A DNA stretch of 64,000 nt from Podarcis tiliguerta (GCA_965153285.1 OZ229114.1); one strand, 5' to 3'; counted from the stretch's first letter, positions 13,965-27,354 are shown. Program-made: numbers and translations. Notes: generated from the letters alone by a model not told the origin.

Positions 13965-14421
13965 AGAAACTGATATAGAAGTATAAGGAGGAGGAAGGAG
14001 GAGGAACAAGAACCAAAATCCAGGGAACGGTTAATGTACAGAGCCAACACATAACTAAGCCCAATTTCACAAGGGTTTGTAGACAATGGAAAGTGTATTC
14101 TTATTTTTTAAAAACCCTTAGCATTTTACTTTGAGCAGATATGACAGTCTTTCCCCCCATCATTTAAACTGATTTTTACTCCTTTAGTATATTAATATAA
14201 AAACTAGTTTTTCTTGCAAGCTGCTTGGGTTTGGTTTTTGTTTCTTTTAATGGATGTGTGTGTAGGACAGTCGCTCACAAAGAAAAAGAAAATATAAAGT
14301 CGGGTGTATATAATAATGTTAAGACTGAATTATTGTAATGCATTCTCTTTCTTTTTAATGAGATTATAAACTCTTGAGCTTCTAAATTTTGCTGGCTAAC
14401 TAACATTTTAAACCTTGTGTA

Positions 14422-14652
14422 CAGTGGTACCTCAGGTTACATACGCTTCAGGTTACATACACTCCACTAACCCAGAAATAGTACCTTGGGTTAAGAACTT
14501 TGCTTCAGGATGAGAACAGAAATCGTGCAGCGGCAGCGCAGCGGCAGCAGCAGGAGGCCCCATTAGCTAAAGTGATACTTCAAGTTAAGAACAGTTTCAG
14601 GTTAAGAACAGACCTCCAGAATGAATTAAGTACTTAACCCGAGGTACCACTG
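14422..14652 (+). mobile_element. Tigger/mariner-type MITE
   Basis: TA-CAGTGGTACCTC...GAGGTACCACTG-TA; same family as 2427. Confidence 0.92.
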
Positions 14653-14824
14653 TATTTTATGGTTGCACACCCCTTTGAGATCTACATGGTGAAAAGTGGG
14701 ATATAATTCTTTAACTAACTAAATAAATAAATGCAGGCCTGCTCCAGATAGTGCATAATTTGGCACTTTGGTTGCTGGTGGGAGCAGACGGCTGGCCACA
14801 TGTGTCACCACACCTCTGTTAAAA

Positions 14825-15150
14825 CATCTGCATTGGCTGTCCATATGCTACTGAGCCAGGTTAAAAACTCCTGAATTGATATCTGAGGTCCTGAACATTG
14901 TGGGTCCGAGGTGCCTTAAGGCCTGTTTGAGTCCTTACATCCCATCTCAAGCTCTGGGATCAGCACATATTTGACAAGCATCCTTGCTTCTGATGGCTTA
15001 AAAAAAAATTGTTCGCATGCTGCTTAAAATCTTGATTAGCTAGGCATTTTAATGATTGCTTTGTATTGCTTTGAAATAGTTTTTCATGTTTTACCATTTA
15101 CATATTGTTGAACACTGCCTTGATATTTTATGAGAGGTTGGTATACAAAA
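14825..15150 (+). mobile_element. Old degenerate L2 3' fragment
   Basis: CATCTGCATTGGCTGTCC (HLHWL) and ...TTAAGGCCTGTTTGAGTCC.. resemble the L2 ORF2 end. T-rich 3' UTR with an L2-like terminus near 15110-15150. Confidence 0.5.
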
Positions 15151-15830
15151 TACAGATTGAATGTGTTCCTGATTGAAACAGGTTCATGAATTTCTTTGAG
15201 TACAATCACCATAGCTGGGACATTACGGCAGTTGCTCTTGATGTGCAGCCAAGAGGCACTCTAAAACAAAGGGCATTGCTAATCTACCCTCGATCTCTAG
15301 CGGAAAGTATTCAGCTGTAACAATGTTAAGACATTAGCTATAACATTACATATGCACTTACAAATAATTAAATGGAGATCATCTTTAGGTGAGCTACCTC
15401 TCACCTTATCTTCTTCGGAACCAAGTCTTATCTTGTAATTAAAACAAATAAATATAACTAATGTAATGAAATCTTAAATCAACATTAAGGCCCATTGAGC
15501 AATTGCTTGATATAAACTGGGAGTCAAAACTGAGTGCTCCACAGTCCTGCTGTTCATCATGGAAGCCAAGAAGCATGTAGCAAGTGCTCAAGAAAAACCT
15601 AGCCATCCAGCTTCTTCAGAGGATTTGGGGGCCAGGTGGGATATTGCGTAATGTCCTCTGAATATTGAGGAGGCCTGGATCCATATATACTGGTACATAT
15701 ATTCAGTGGGCCACATCTATTTTTCGGTATGACTGAAAACCTTAACCCAAGACTGAAGTACGGTTAAAACAAACATACGGTTAAAACATATTTTAAAGGT
15801 TAGATTTTATATCACTTCTAAATTCACTTC

Positions 15831-15919
15831 TCTCCCATAATTTTACTATATTTTACCAACATGTTTACTTTCTTTTCTCCCATAATTTTACTATATTTTA
15901 CCAACATGTTTACTTTCTT
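15831..15919. repeat. Tandem duplication, 45-bp period, 2 copies
   Basis: TCTCCCATAATTTTACTATATTTTACCAACATGTTTACTTTCTT occurs identically at 15831 and 15876. Confidence 0.95.
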
Positions 15920-16454
15920 CTACACTACAAATTTCCAAAATATAATTTACAAAAGTATCAGAGCATTTTTCTTGGGGGGGGGGAATATAAGGCTATTCTC
16001 TCTTTCACTTTAACATTACTATGGGATAATTTGCAAGTAAAATAAGGTTTGGTTGACAAGGAACATTTTTCTTTTTGCTCTGATAGTCAACATGGGAAAT
16101 GTCTGTTACAACAAACAATACAGTAAATTAAAAAAATTTGAATCTGTTGGATTTAAAAGAGCAACACTAAGATATTCCTTTTTGCCAGAATATCTAGTTC
16201 AGAGATAACCTACAAGGTGTCCTCCAGATATTTTGGACTACAATTCCCATAAGCCTCCAATCAACATGGCTTATGGTCAGGAATGATGGGATCTCTTGCC
16301 CCCAAACACTTAGGAGTTCAAAAGTATAATCTTTGTATCCCCTTTTGTATGGTGCTAGAGCACCAAAGATTTTATAAGATTTAATTTTACATATCAAAAA
16401 GCCTGCACAGCAGAATATCCCAAATACCTATATGTTCTCTGGCAAGTAGAGATA

Positions 16455-16680
16455 CAGTGGTACCTTGGGTTAAGTACGTAATTCGTTCCGGAGGTCTGAT
16501 CTTAACCTGAAACTCTTCTTAACCTGAAGCACCACTTTAACTAATGGGGCCTCCTGCTGCCGCTGCGCCGCCAGAGCATGATTTCTGTTCTCATCCTGAA
16601 GCAAAGTTCTTAACCCGAGGTAATATTTCTGGGTTAGTGGAGTCTGTAACCTGAAGCGTATGTAACCTGAGGTACCACTG
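16455..16680 (-). mobile_element. Tigger/mariner-type MITE (opposite orientation)
   Basis: TA-CAGTGGTACCTT...GAGGTACCACTG-TA; the interior is the reverse complement of the 14422 copy. Confidence 0.92.
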
Positions 16681-18467
16681 TATCTTAGTTTTGCACCTTT
16701 GAAGCCACTAGAGGAAGCACAGAATTGCTGCAGACTAACCAACCAGTCTACCTGACACCTCGCCTCTTCTCATCAATCTTAACGGATCTTTCCTACTGGA
16801 AGCCAAGAAACTGCATTTCTTGCCAAGAAATTGCCAAGATCAGATATCACACTGAATAGTACTGAGAAGAACTGTGCCGTTTCTCAAGGCTGTTATTTAT
16901 TAAACTCAGAATTTGGCACAGATGGCATAAAAAGAGAATCAATACAAGAGAAAACTCTCAGAATTTAATCTAACAATCTCACAAGTAGAATGGGATTGTA
17001 TGTTTAAAAATATTCCGTCATTATTACCAAGGGCAAACCTTAAAGAAAACTACTTCAAGGTTCCATTTCAATGACACTTAACTCCACATTGACTGAGCAA
17101 AATTTACAGTTCAGGTATGTATTGCTAGTAGGGTAGAAGAACAAAAAGAGGTTTTATACAGATTTTTGGAGTAGAAACAAAGGAAAACAATTCTGGTCCA
17201 TAATACTGAACACAATATGGGAAACAACAGGCTATTTTATACCCAGAATGATCCTGTCTGACATAACAAATGTTGATCTTCAAGTTTATTGACAAGAGTC
17301 TGTATTGCTCAATTTTGGAAAAGTAAAAACACCCCACAATGACAGAATGGCTGAGGGAAATCGGGAGACTTATGCAGATAAAGGAGTCACATAATCGACA
17401 AACAAAATATAACAATTATCAAAGTAATTTTTTTGAAAGATGGCCCATGTTTATTCATTTTTTGAATGTTAAAGTAGCAGGTGATGTATCCTTGTAGCTT
17501 ATTTACATCAATTTAATTCTCTATTCTCTCTCTTATTCTTCATGATTATTTTATTAATTTTTCTACTATTTTATATAAATGTTAAATTTAATAAATTGCA
17601 TAAATGATAGATAAGAGAAATGGATTTGCATGAGCCACTGCAGTCTGGTATAGAAAAGTATTAAAGCATAATGCCAGTCCAAGACTGTTATCTAAAAACA
17701 AATAAATTAAAAATGAACATGACAATCCACAAACTAAGTAAAAAGAATTACCCTTTCTATTGTTGAGCAAAGCTGTTATTAGTGAAGGACTTTGAAATGT
17801 CTTTGAATCATGCTGCTGTGTTCTGGCTATCCCTGCCTGCTGCCCATGCTTGCCTCCAATTTCTCCAATTTTTTATTTGTCACTTTCCAGATGGCTGGAG
17901 GGATCAATTTGTTATGATTCAATGACGCTCTCAATAAGCACAGCCCATTCCACTCACCATCTCTACTGTTTGCAACAGTACAGTTCCTTGGGCTAGAGTT
18001 GTCATATGCTGACATCAGGGGTCTTATCAGACATCTGCTTAAATTAAGATATCCAAATGCCTGCTGATTAATTACCTTTTTCTGTGAATAAACAGGAGGA
18101 CCACGAGTTAATTAATGTACATGTTCAATTACCCTAAATTGGTGTCAGGTGCACTACGTATCAGAAACAGGGATAAATGCTTGACTGCTTTTAAATACAT
18201 ACAGAGCTACATAGTACAAACACAGGCTCCAGTCGGTAAAAATACAAGCTGCTACACATCATCTTTACTTGAAAAAAATTTAACAAAAATTAGAAGATAC
18301 CATCAAATTAGTTCACCAACATTATTTCATGGTAGGAGCAGGAACCTCTGTTGTAACGGATCTGCTGAATTATTTTAGTATGCAGACTCCCCTGCTGAGC
18401 ACCTGAGGGTCTCAGTTCTGCAACTCACCACCTGGCCTGGGGCAGGGACTGATGGGCTCCATAAAGG

Positions 18468-18492
18468 GCTGCTGCTGCTGCTGCTGCTGCTG
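18468..18492. repeat. (CTG)8 trinucleotide microsatellite
   Basis: GCTGCTGCTG... run; it produces the poly-Cys in the spurious ORF 18452-18706. Confidence 0.9.
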
Positions 18493-18519
18493 GGCAGAGA
18501 GGGCTCTGTTTTGCTTTTT

Positions 18520-18770
18520 GTTGTTTTTAAAATTGCTGTTATTTTTTACCTGTGTCATTTTAAACTGTGTTATTAATGCTGTATTCTTAGTTTTAGATTT
18601 TTATATATGTGGAAAATGGTTTCCATTTGGTTGTGGAGTTTTTTATGTGGTTTATTTGTTGTTTATGACTTTTGTAATTACGTATGTAAATCTTGTCATG
18701 TTGTAAGCCGCCTTGACCATTGTTGTTAACTGTGGAAAAGTGTCATACAAATAAAAAATGATGATGATGA
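18520..18770 (+). mobile_element. L2-type 3' UTR/tail fragment
   Basis: T-rich UTR ending TTGTAAGCCGCCTTGA...AATAAA followed by an (ATG)n tail. Confidence 0.55.
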
Positions 18771-21645
18771 GTATGCAAATCAGTTTCACACCAAACCACA
18801 TGAATAAAGTGTTGCATTGTTTGAATATAACTCTCTGTTCACTTCTAGCACATTTTAATTGTTCTTAATACTAAACAACTGGAAACATTATTTTTGATTT
18901 TAAACAAATCACAATTTCTTCTGGTCCAGACAAAATGACATGTAAACATTTGGGTTGTTTTTTTTTAAAGAAGTCAAAGTCACATTATGTTGTTTTTATG
19001 ATTTAGAATTTATTGCAGCAGTTTTGATTTTTCTATGCATCAGTAAAGTTTTAAGTACTACAGTTTTAAAATATTTTCATTTCATGAATTATGGCAAACT
19101 GAATGTACATATTCCATTACACGTCTTCTAGAAATATTTTAATATTCAGTGCGGCACAACAAAATCAAACTTCTTCCTATAAATTCAGAGTTTCTGTGCT
19201 TAAGATGCATGCTGTCTGGTCCTTTTCAACTGGCCTAAGGTCTGTCTCTCATCATACTACAACAGAAAACTTTTAAAGACTGCTTGAAGACTGAAGGCTG
19301 CAAGCAATTTGCCATTATACATTTGCAAACAATCTTTAGAGATCATTCCTGCTTTCTAAAGAAAGGAAAATAAAATCATTTTTCACTTCAAGTGCAATAC
19401 AGATAAAATGTTGAGGAAATGTGCAAATAAAAATAGAAACCTTATACCTCAAAATAGTTAACTTACGTACTATACAAACCTGTTCACTTGGCCTGAAACT
19501 GTATATAACCAATGAATGGAGGAGACACAAGATCACACCCACCATCCCGGCCCCAGCCTCTAAAAATCCACACCCCTGTGCACACAGAGCCCATAAAAAT
19601 ATGGTAATCATTGTCCAACAGCATGATTTTTTTAATGCTACATTAAAAAATAAAAGTATATCTAGCAAATTAAATTAGGTTTCAGTAATGCATATTATAC
19701 TTCAAAACTAACGAAGCTGAACACTTACGAATAATTCAGAGAAGATGAATTTTGAAATGTTAGATATTGAGAGATTCCTTTTTTTAAAAAAAAATAACCA
19801 CACTTTCCATAGCATCTGAATCCAGAGCTATGGCCCAGATCTGAAACCATGACACGGCACACACGCAATCTGAATGGCAATGCCCATCAACTTTTTGGGG
19901 GTGGCCTCAAGCATTTTATTGGGAGGGGCCGAAGGCACCTCAGCCCCTGGGAGTTGGCGCCTATGTCCAAGTTAGCCTGTGTTCAACTGTATGGTTCTGT
20001 GAGGTGTGAGAGATTAGAAAGTATAGAAAGTAGGAATGCTTTGCCTTTTGCAATTCCTTCGGACGAACTCAGAGCTGGAGTGACAATACAATTTTCAACT
20101 GCTGGCTTGTAATTTCTTATCAAGGCTAAGAAATTAATAGATTCATCTATTGCTCTCCCCCCCCACACATTTCCAGAAATTCTTAATGTACTCTGTGTTA
20201 ATTGATTACAATAGGAGTTCAAAAAAGAAACAGTGATGCTTCTTGCATTAAATGGCAAAAAGTGCTGTGCATGGTACACATCTATCAAAAGAGACAGCTG
20301 GCAATCTTGGTATCACATGCCAAAAAGCTTGTCAATGGATTCTCCGAATTACTCAACAGCATCCTTATATATTGGAGTGTGTCACAAATGTCTTGCATCA
20401 ACATACTACAACTCTTGTATAGTCAGCATGATCATCCAAGAAGGTGCAAAAATGCTGAATGCTGCATTTTAAAATGAACATCACTCCAAAAATAACAGTT
20501 TGCCTTCTCAGCAACTTCTCTGGGATATAAGATCACAAGATCTGCCATACCGATCCAAGCAAATGTCCGTCTTGCATCTTGTCTCTAGCAGTTCTCAAAC
20601 ATGACTATGAGCAGCTGATAGCCATTGTAAGTCAATGGAACTCCTCTGAATAGAGTTGCCATATAGATAACCAGATCCTGGGAACAGGGGGTGATTATCA
20701 ATACATTTTATGAGTTCATCTAACTTTTTAAAAGAAATCATCCACCTAGTGGTAAACGTCACATCTTGGGGCAGTGAATACTATAAGTATGAGGAAATGC
20801 ATCATTTTTGCCATATTGAACTTATGAGCAATATACTTCATTACATGACACCAGTCTCTCTTCTAGTCCCCATATACAACTAAGGGGAGCTCACAATCAC
20901 TATGTAATAAAATATACTCAAATACTTTTCTTTTTATTCATAACCTACTGTTATGGTCTCCTTCATAGTTTTCCCCATCCTTCCGATCTTTTCAGGGAAA
21001 ATATTCTGAAAACTTATATAATTTATGTGCCTTTCTCAGTTTTCTCTTCAGGTCTTCAGTATGATGGACAAACTGCACTTAAAAAAAAAAGGCTGAACTA
21101 TACACAGACCTGGGTTGCATTGTGTTAAGCCAAACTATGGGTTAGAACAAATGATTGGGTTTCAGCAGAGAAGATACTATGCTAGTGTGAGCTAAGCCAT
21201 ATTTTGCTTTAGCATTTTATCCAAACCACAAGCTACAGGCAGGGTTTGTTGTGAAGCATAAATTCAAAAACTATCCATGTTAAACTAAAAACTTCCAGAA
21301 AGAGCCTAGGTTTGTGAATAAAATTCAATTTGAAGTACAAATTCAACATGTCATCTCTGTCCTAAATCTTCAAAGTTTGGTTGAGTTCCAATGTCACATT
21401 CATTTCAGATCCAGTTCCTTCTGTTGGGTATTCCATTGATATAAAACAACATATTACCAAGGAAGTATTGCATCATGCAACTTTGATTTTAAAATGCAAC
21501 AATTAATTTCATGGATCTCCAATGTGATTGATTTTATTTCTGTGCTGCATTTCATACAAGTCCTTCATGTTAAGCTTTTTACTTTTATGCTAATAAAATC
21601 TAAAAAAAATAATGATGTCATGAAAATTGTCAGGTATTTCTTAAT

Positions 21646-22217
21646 CATAGCTGTCAACTTACAGATTTGAAAATAAGGGACCAGCAGCCAAAATAAGGGA
21701 CCTGCAGCCTCACCTGTTCCAGGCACTCCAGTCTTCCTGTCCTCCTGCAGTCTGGTCAAACTCATGCTGCTAGCTTCGAGAACACTGTCCAACCAACTTT
21801 GTAACCAGAGGTTCAACTGAACAGAATCTGAATCAAATGCACCACAAGGCCTATGCAGCCTCAACTTAAGATGGCTCCCCGGCCTGGCTTTGCACTGCAA
21901 AGTTTGCAGCAGCACGTGCAACAAAATGGCGCCCAGCATTCAAAAACCCCCTCAGCTTGCATTAACCAGCCACACACAAGGCATGCAAGCTCCACCCCCC
22001 CAGTCATTCTTAGACTTCTTATTGGGTGAGCAACACAGCCAAGCAACACAGTTGGAGCCTCCCTCCTCCCTGGCCAGCAGGGAGGGAGGGAGAGGAGCTG
22101 CTTCCTTTGAAATTTAAGGGACATCATTTAAGGGACATCCATCAATAAGGGACAGCAGTGGGACATGGTCTGGAATAAGGGACTGTCCCTTCAAATAAGG
22201 GGCACTTGACAGCTATG
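21646..22217. mobile_element. hAT non-autonomous DNA transposon (572 bp)
   Basis: 12-bp TIR CATAGCTGTCAA / TTGACAGCTATG. Perfect 8-bp TSD TTCTTAAT (21638-21645, 22218-22225). Multiple subterminal TAAGGGAC repeats at both ends. Confidence 0.93.
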
Positions 22218-23156
22218 TTCTTAATGCTTAGGGCATCCAATAACTGATTGTTTTATTATTTATGAAATTTGTTAGTCACTTTATCTTGCCCATACCGACT
22301 CACAACCAAACTTAACTATTAGTTTGTCAGCTCAACAAAGCTATTCATAAAGATGAAAGTCATGTAATGCAGAAATTGGTTTTTTAAAATTTATTTTTAT
22401 TTCTTGAATTGTTTTCATATTAAAAGAACTGACCTCTGGTTCTTATGCCACCAGATGTGTTGTCATTAAGGTACTCTTGAAGACACTGACTGTGTAAGAG
22501 CAAAGCTTTGTTCACAACACAGGATATAAATATTTATAACAACTCTACAGGTGACTGTCACAGTGTAACACCTACTGCACAATAAAGACTACAAAGCAAT
22601 TTTAAAAACCCATAAAAGAATGATGTTCTGTTCCTTAAATAAGTCTATTACATTTAGCAACTAATTAAACTGGAGCAGGCCAGATGCCACAGTATGAAAG
22701 TAGAACTTATATCACATTCAAAGAATCCTCAGGAAGAACACATAACCTATTCTTGAAGCCAGAAATATACACACAATGACTGAGAGTACAACCAAATATA
22801 ATGCTAAGTGATCTTAACAGAATTTTATTACAATATTTTCAAATCTCAGCTCCCCTGGACCATTCATTCCTATTCATAATGGCTCCTATTCCCGTAGAAC
22901 CTTTTGCATGTTCTAGAAAATTCCAACAACATATTGACAACTGCTAGGCGTGCTGGTAAACGTGGCCTTTTGTGAATCCTGGGTGCCATACTAGAGGAGT
23001 TATTCTAAGTGGCAGAAATTTATGCTTTTGGGCAGAATAAGTAGGTCACTGAAGCATGTCACCCTTCAAAGGACAGATGAGAACATGTGTCCCTCTAAAT
23101 GTTGTTGGATTACAACTCTCATTGGATTGGATATGATTAATTGGTATGTATATTAT

Positions 23157-23540
23157 GGGACACAGGTGGCACTGTGGTCTAAACCACTGAGTCTCTTGGG
23201 TTTGCTGATCAGAAGGTCAGTGGTTCAAATCCCCACAACAGGGTGAGCTCTCATTGCTCTGTCCCAGCTCCTGCCAACCTAGCAGTTCAAAAGCACGCCA
23301 GCGCAAGTATATAAATAAGTAGTGCTGTGGCAGGAAGGTAAACAGTGTTTCCGTGCACTCTGGTTTCTGTCACGTTGTCCCATTGTGCCAGTAGCAGTTT
23401 AGTCATGGTGGCCACATGACCCAGAAAGCTGTCTGTGTACAAACACTGGCTCCCTAGGCCTGAAAGCGAGATGAGTGCCGCAACCCCATAGTCGCCTTTG
23501 ACTGGACTTAACTGTCCAGGGGTCCTTTACCTTTACCTTT
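23157..23540 (+). mobile_element. Sauria SINE (Squam1-type), full length
   Basis: tRNA-like head GGGACACAGGTGGCACTGTGG...GGTTCAAATCCC, conserved body (GCTCCTGCCAACCTAGCAGTTC) and (ACCTTT)n tail. Confidence 0.93.
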
Positions 23541-23559
23541 GTTTTGGGGATTATGCTTG

Positions 23560-24690
23560 GTTTATCCTGTTCTTGTTACTGCCTGTTACATTTTTGCATT
23601 TTTAAAACAAATTAATATTCCCTGACAGGGACAAACTGTTAAAAGAGACTATACGGGAGGGAGAATGAAGGAGCACATGTCTTGCATTTTGGGCCTAGTT
23701 TGTGGCGCGAACCATCCTTCGATGAATATCCATCATGGCATCTGGGTTTTCATCTTGAGGTAGCAGGGAGGTATAAAGCTGTTCTGTGTGACCTGGGAAA
23801 TTATATAGTATAGGCAAGGTGAACCTAGCTTGTATATCTGTATAGTATTGGCGGGAGGTGGGGTGGGACATGTTCTGTTGTTTCCAGTTGCCCAGAGCAA
23901 CATGGGCATTTCCTCTCCTCATATGATGTCTTCTGAAAGTGGCCTTCCTTGATGGCTTAAGGGTGGGCCTGGCAGTGGGCTAGAGTGAAAGCCCTTTGCT
24001 GTTTTGGAATTTCAAGGTTGGTTATATATGGCAATTGGTAGGTGAGATGTGTTCTGGTTTCACTGATTAAAAATTTTGGTGACCTGGCTAAATCTGCTTG
24101 GTGTTCACTATCTTCCACACACTGTTTGATTGGGGTTTTTTTTTTTTTTTTTGCTTGTTCACACACACACCCCATGTTGAGTAAGATCTGCGTGATGAAG
24201 CCTAGAGTTGTTATTATGTCTAACACTGCACGTTACTATGTCATTTGGAAACTGCTCTTAATAGTTAAGGGATAAAGGCCACACGAGATTAAGGATAGCT
24301 CTCAGCCAGTAATTTAGTGTGGCAAGGCATACTCTAGCTTCGATTTTTACAAATCCAATTTTGAGACGTACGGTAGCATTGGAAGGTGTGTTCAGGCATT
24401 TGTAGAGCTTATCTTAAGAATTCAGATTGTACCAGTTCTAATGGTGCGCAATTGGTAAGGGGGCCTACTTGGGCACCATTCACAAGCTGCACAATGGCTT
24501 TGACCTCAGTCAGTTTGAGGGCTGCAGGTATATATTGCCCGCCTTTAGTCCTCACGTACCCGAGTATTGCATTTATGCTTCTCTGGGCATTCCCTGCAAC
24601 ATGATCACCCAGGGCTTTTCTACTTCCTGAGGAGTGAAGGTTTATACCCAAATGAGAGGTTTTCCACCCCTGCTCTAAAGCCAGTGGTGA
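23560..24690 (-). mobile_element. Degenerate non-LTR retrotransposon, RTE-X-like ORF2 C-terminal relic
   Basis: Minus-strand fragments NAQRSINAILGYVRTKGGQYIPAALKL...QLVNGAQ...LELVQSEFLR and PYITNLEIPKQQRAFTLAHCQA resemble the post-RT and C-terminal regions of RTE-X-type LINEs. Many stops and frameshifts; boundaries approximate. Confidence 0.65.
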
Positions 24691-26232
24691 TGGAATGCCA
24701 AATGACTGCTGTCAGGGAGGGGAGGAAATCTGATAAGAAAGGAAATGTTATGGAATCTTGTGTAAGAGGGCATGACTGGCTGGAACCCTGAACAGGAGCA
24801 CCCACTTTCTGTGACAGATCCCACTTGTATTCCTATTATTTTAATGGTGCAAATAGGCACTGGGTAATTCACATAAAAACCAAACTAGTGCCCAACCAGT
24901 GGGTGGCAAATACATTTTTTCATTTCAGCAGCCATTCTTTTAGAGCTCCATTTCAACAGTTGTAAAAAAATTAGGAAATTTCAAGGTGGGTGAAACAGTA
25001 ATGAATTGCTTCATGTCACTTTGGGCCAGCCCTATTGGACACCTTGCAAATTGATTGTTAGCCTCCTGTTATGCATTTGCCTGTCTACCGTGGTTACGAT
25101 GCTGTCAATTGGACTCAACTAATTATAGTGAACAAGTCTGTGACAAATAGCAAATTATCTCTTTCAGACTTCAAGCATTAACAGGAATGAATGACAGAAA
25201 ACCACCACTTTAAAATAAGAACATGTTCTCTCCAAAACCACAATCAAATTGAAAAGCTACTGGGTCATTTTAGATAAACATTGGAGTTCACAGATTTGTA
25301 TGCTATTACAAACAGCAAGAGACAAACATTTAGGATTATCACTTATTAATCTTGTCATTCAGAAATTCACAAAATAAAGCTGACAAGTAAATGTGCAGTG
25401 CTGAAGAAATACAAAATGGCAAAGCATACATTATATTCTTCTGCTTTTAATTATGTCTTGTCTCTGTTACTTCAAGAGACAATATAGGCAACTGACAGAC
25501 TTTGTCAGAATTGCCACCACCAAACAGATTTTGAAGTTGGCTCAGTAACGCAGAGAAATATATCCAATAGTCTGCTGCATTTCTAATGGTACACTAGAAA
25601 CAGAAATGAAAAGGTTTGTATATCTAGTGCATCAAATACCAAAACAGATTTTGAGTAACGGGAATACAAAATTCAGCAGATGTAACTCACTTAGATGTAA
25701 CTCACCCGAACAGGCACTACTAAAGCATCCAAGACTTATCAGTTGGAAGAGAAGTCTTGTAGCTGTGTGCCTATTCCCATGTGTAGATTCCACCTCCAAA
25801 GTTTGCTATCAGTTTGGAATTGAAATCCATCCAGCAACACACACACACACACAATTCTGGTCACTACTACAAGGCTTCTGTTCCAGACTAGCCGGAGTTC
25901 TGAAAAGCATCACTCCCCTAAAGAGTGGAAGTATGATGCAGTCATGTTACAGAAGGGAAGATAAACCTCTCGTGTCATGTGAATATTTCTCTGTATTAAG
26001 CAGATTCCAGGTAAGGTAATCAGAGTGACTGACTATGTGATGATGTAAACGAAGAGAGACGAAACAAACACTTACATAAGCTATGACGTATTCATGTTAA
26101 GGGTATTTGTTCAACTGGACAATCTTACCTTTCAAAAGAGTAGAAAAGCTAAAGGGGGGGGTGAGAGTTTGTTGCTATAAAGAAAGACTTAAATAATTAA
26201 TACCTTCTAGCAGCTGGGGGTGGGTGGGGGGA

Positions 26233-26258
26233 GGGAAGGAAGGAAGGAAGGAAGGAAG
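26233..26258. repeat. (GGAA)n microsatellite
   Basis: About 6 tandem GGAA units. Confidence 0.9.
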
Positions 26259-26999
26259 GGACTAAGGAGAAAGTGTGAGGTTTAAAGAAAATGAATGTGT
26301 GTCAAGTAAAAAATTATTCAGAATACAAAGAAATATAAAGCTGAGCACTAAAGTTGATAACAGAAGGACAATGCATAACTTGATGGTGAAAACTCACAGC
26401 CACTGTTCCAAAATGAACAAAACTATACACAGAGACTTCTTTTATTAAAAATGATTCTAAGGCCTTAGAATAAATTAAAATCTAATTGTTTATCAAAAAG
26501 ATGTACTGAACAGAAACTGATTTCCACAGAGAAAGGGTGTTGTTTTCCGGAAGGGAGGGTTTGTATTTGAAACTAATCAACCAAGAGATGCTTCATTACA
26601 AAAGAAAAATGCAGCATAACATCTTACTCTACTGAAAGGAAGAAAAATCAAAACTGTACTTCAAAGAACAACCTGGACATCTTTATGATGCTAATTAAAA
26701 TTGATTTGGCAAATGCAAGAGCATAGTTTGGGAGAATGGACTCTTTGTTCTTTTATTTAGTCTGCCTAACCTCCCAAAGCATTTAATTCTAATTAGATAG
26801 AACCAGAAAACTGAACTGGCAGGAAGAGTCATTGACATTTCATTAATGTCTGGTGTTCCATTAAGCTGTAGGAAAAACCGAAAGTAATAGCACTTAGTCC
26901 ATACCTTCCTTGAACATTTAAATGAGCTATTAAATGCAGTTAAAGTGTTTTTGAAAAGGATGCCAAGTGGTAAAACTTCCAGGATGCTTGATATAAACT

Positions 27000-27000
27000 A

Positions 27001-27033
<33 letters not shown>

Positions 27034-27054
27034 ATATATATATTATATATATAT
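27000..27054. repeat. Compound (TG)n/(TA)n microsatellite
   Basis: (TG)13 followed by imperfect (TA)n; left flank of the inverted repeat. Confidence 0.95.
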
Positions 27055-27134
27055 TTGCTTTCGTAGATTTTCACGGGTACAGGAATGCAGGTTTTGGTGT
27101 CCTCGGGTGTCTTCCCGTGTAAAAGTTGGGGTGT

Positions 27135-27180
27135 CTAGGCGACGTTTCGACGAGGTCTCACTCGTCATCTTCAGGCTGGT
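27135..27180 (-). ncRNA. Minimal hammerhead ribozyme-like motif (copy 2, mirror image)
   Basis: Exact reverse complement of copy 1 (core at 27174->27141). Same strand as the inferred host gene. Confidence 0.6.
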
Positions 27181-27260
27181 GCTTTCGGCTTCTTGTTACT
27201 GGAACAGAGGAACTCAAACACTAAGATCCTGCTCTGTTCCAGTAACAAGAAGCCGAAAGC

Positions 27261-27306
27261 ACCAGCCTGAAGATGACGAGTGAGACCTCGTCGAAACGTC
27301 GCCTAG
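27261..27306 (+). ncRNA. Minimal type I hammerhead ribozyme-like motif (copy 1)
   Basis: CTGAAGA (27267-73), extra T, stem II GACGAG/CTCGTC with a TGAGAC loop, GAAA (27293-96), then C-GTC with putative cleavage after C27300. Stem III is reduced to the palindrome ACGT; stem I is weak (2 clear pairs). Confidence 0.6.
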
Positions 27307-27354
27307 ACACCCCAACTTTTACACGGGAAGACACCCGAGGACACCAAAACCTGC

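Noticed and set aside
19728-19776. Possible exon 2 (phase-1, GISQYLTFQNSSSLNYS, GTAAGT donor)
   Set aside because: Poor acceptor (A-run before AG) and no recognisable homology; cannot be supported without RNA data.
26945-27283. 112-aa ORF across the hairpin
   Set aside because: Runs through a microsatellite (VCVCVC) and the inverted repeat; no protein features.
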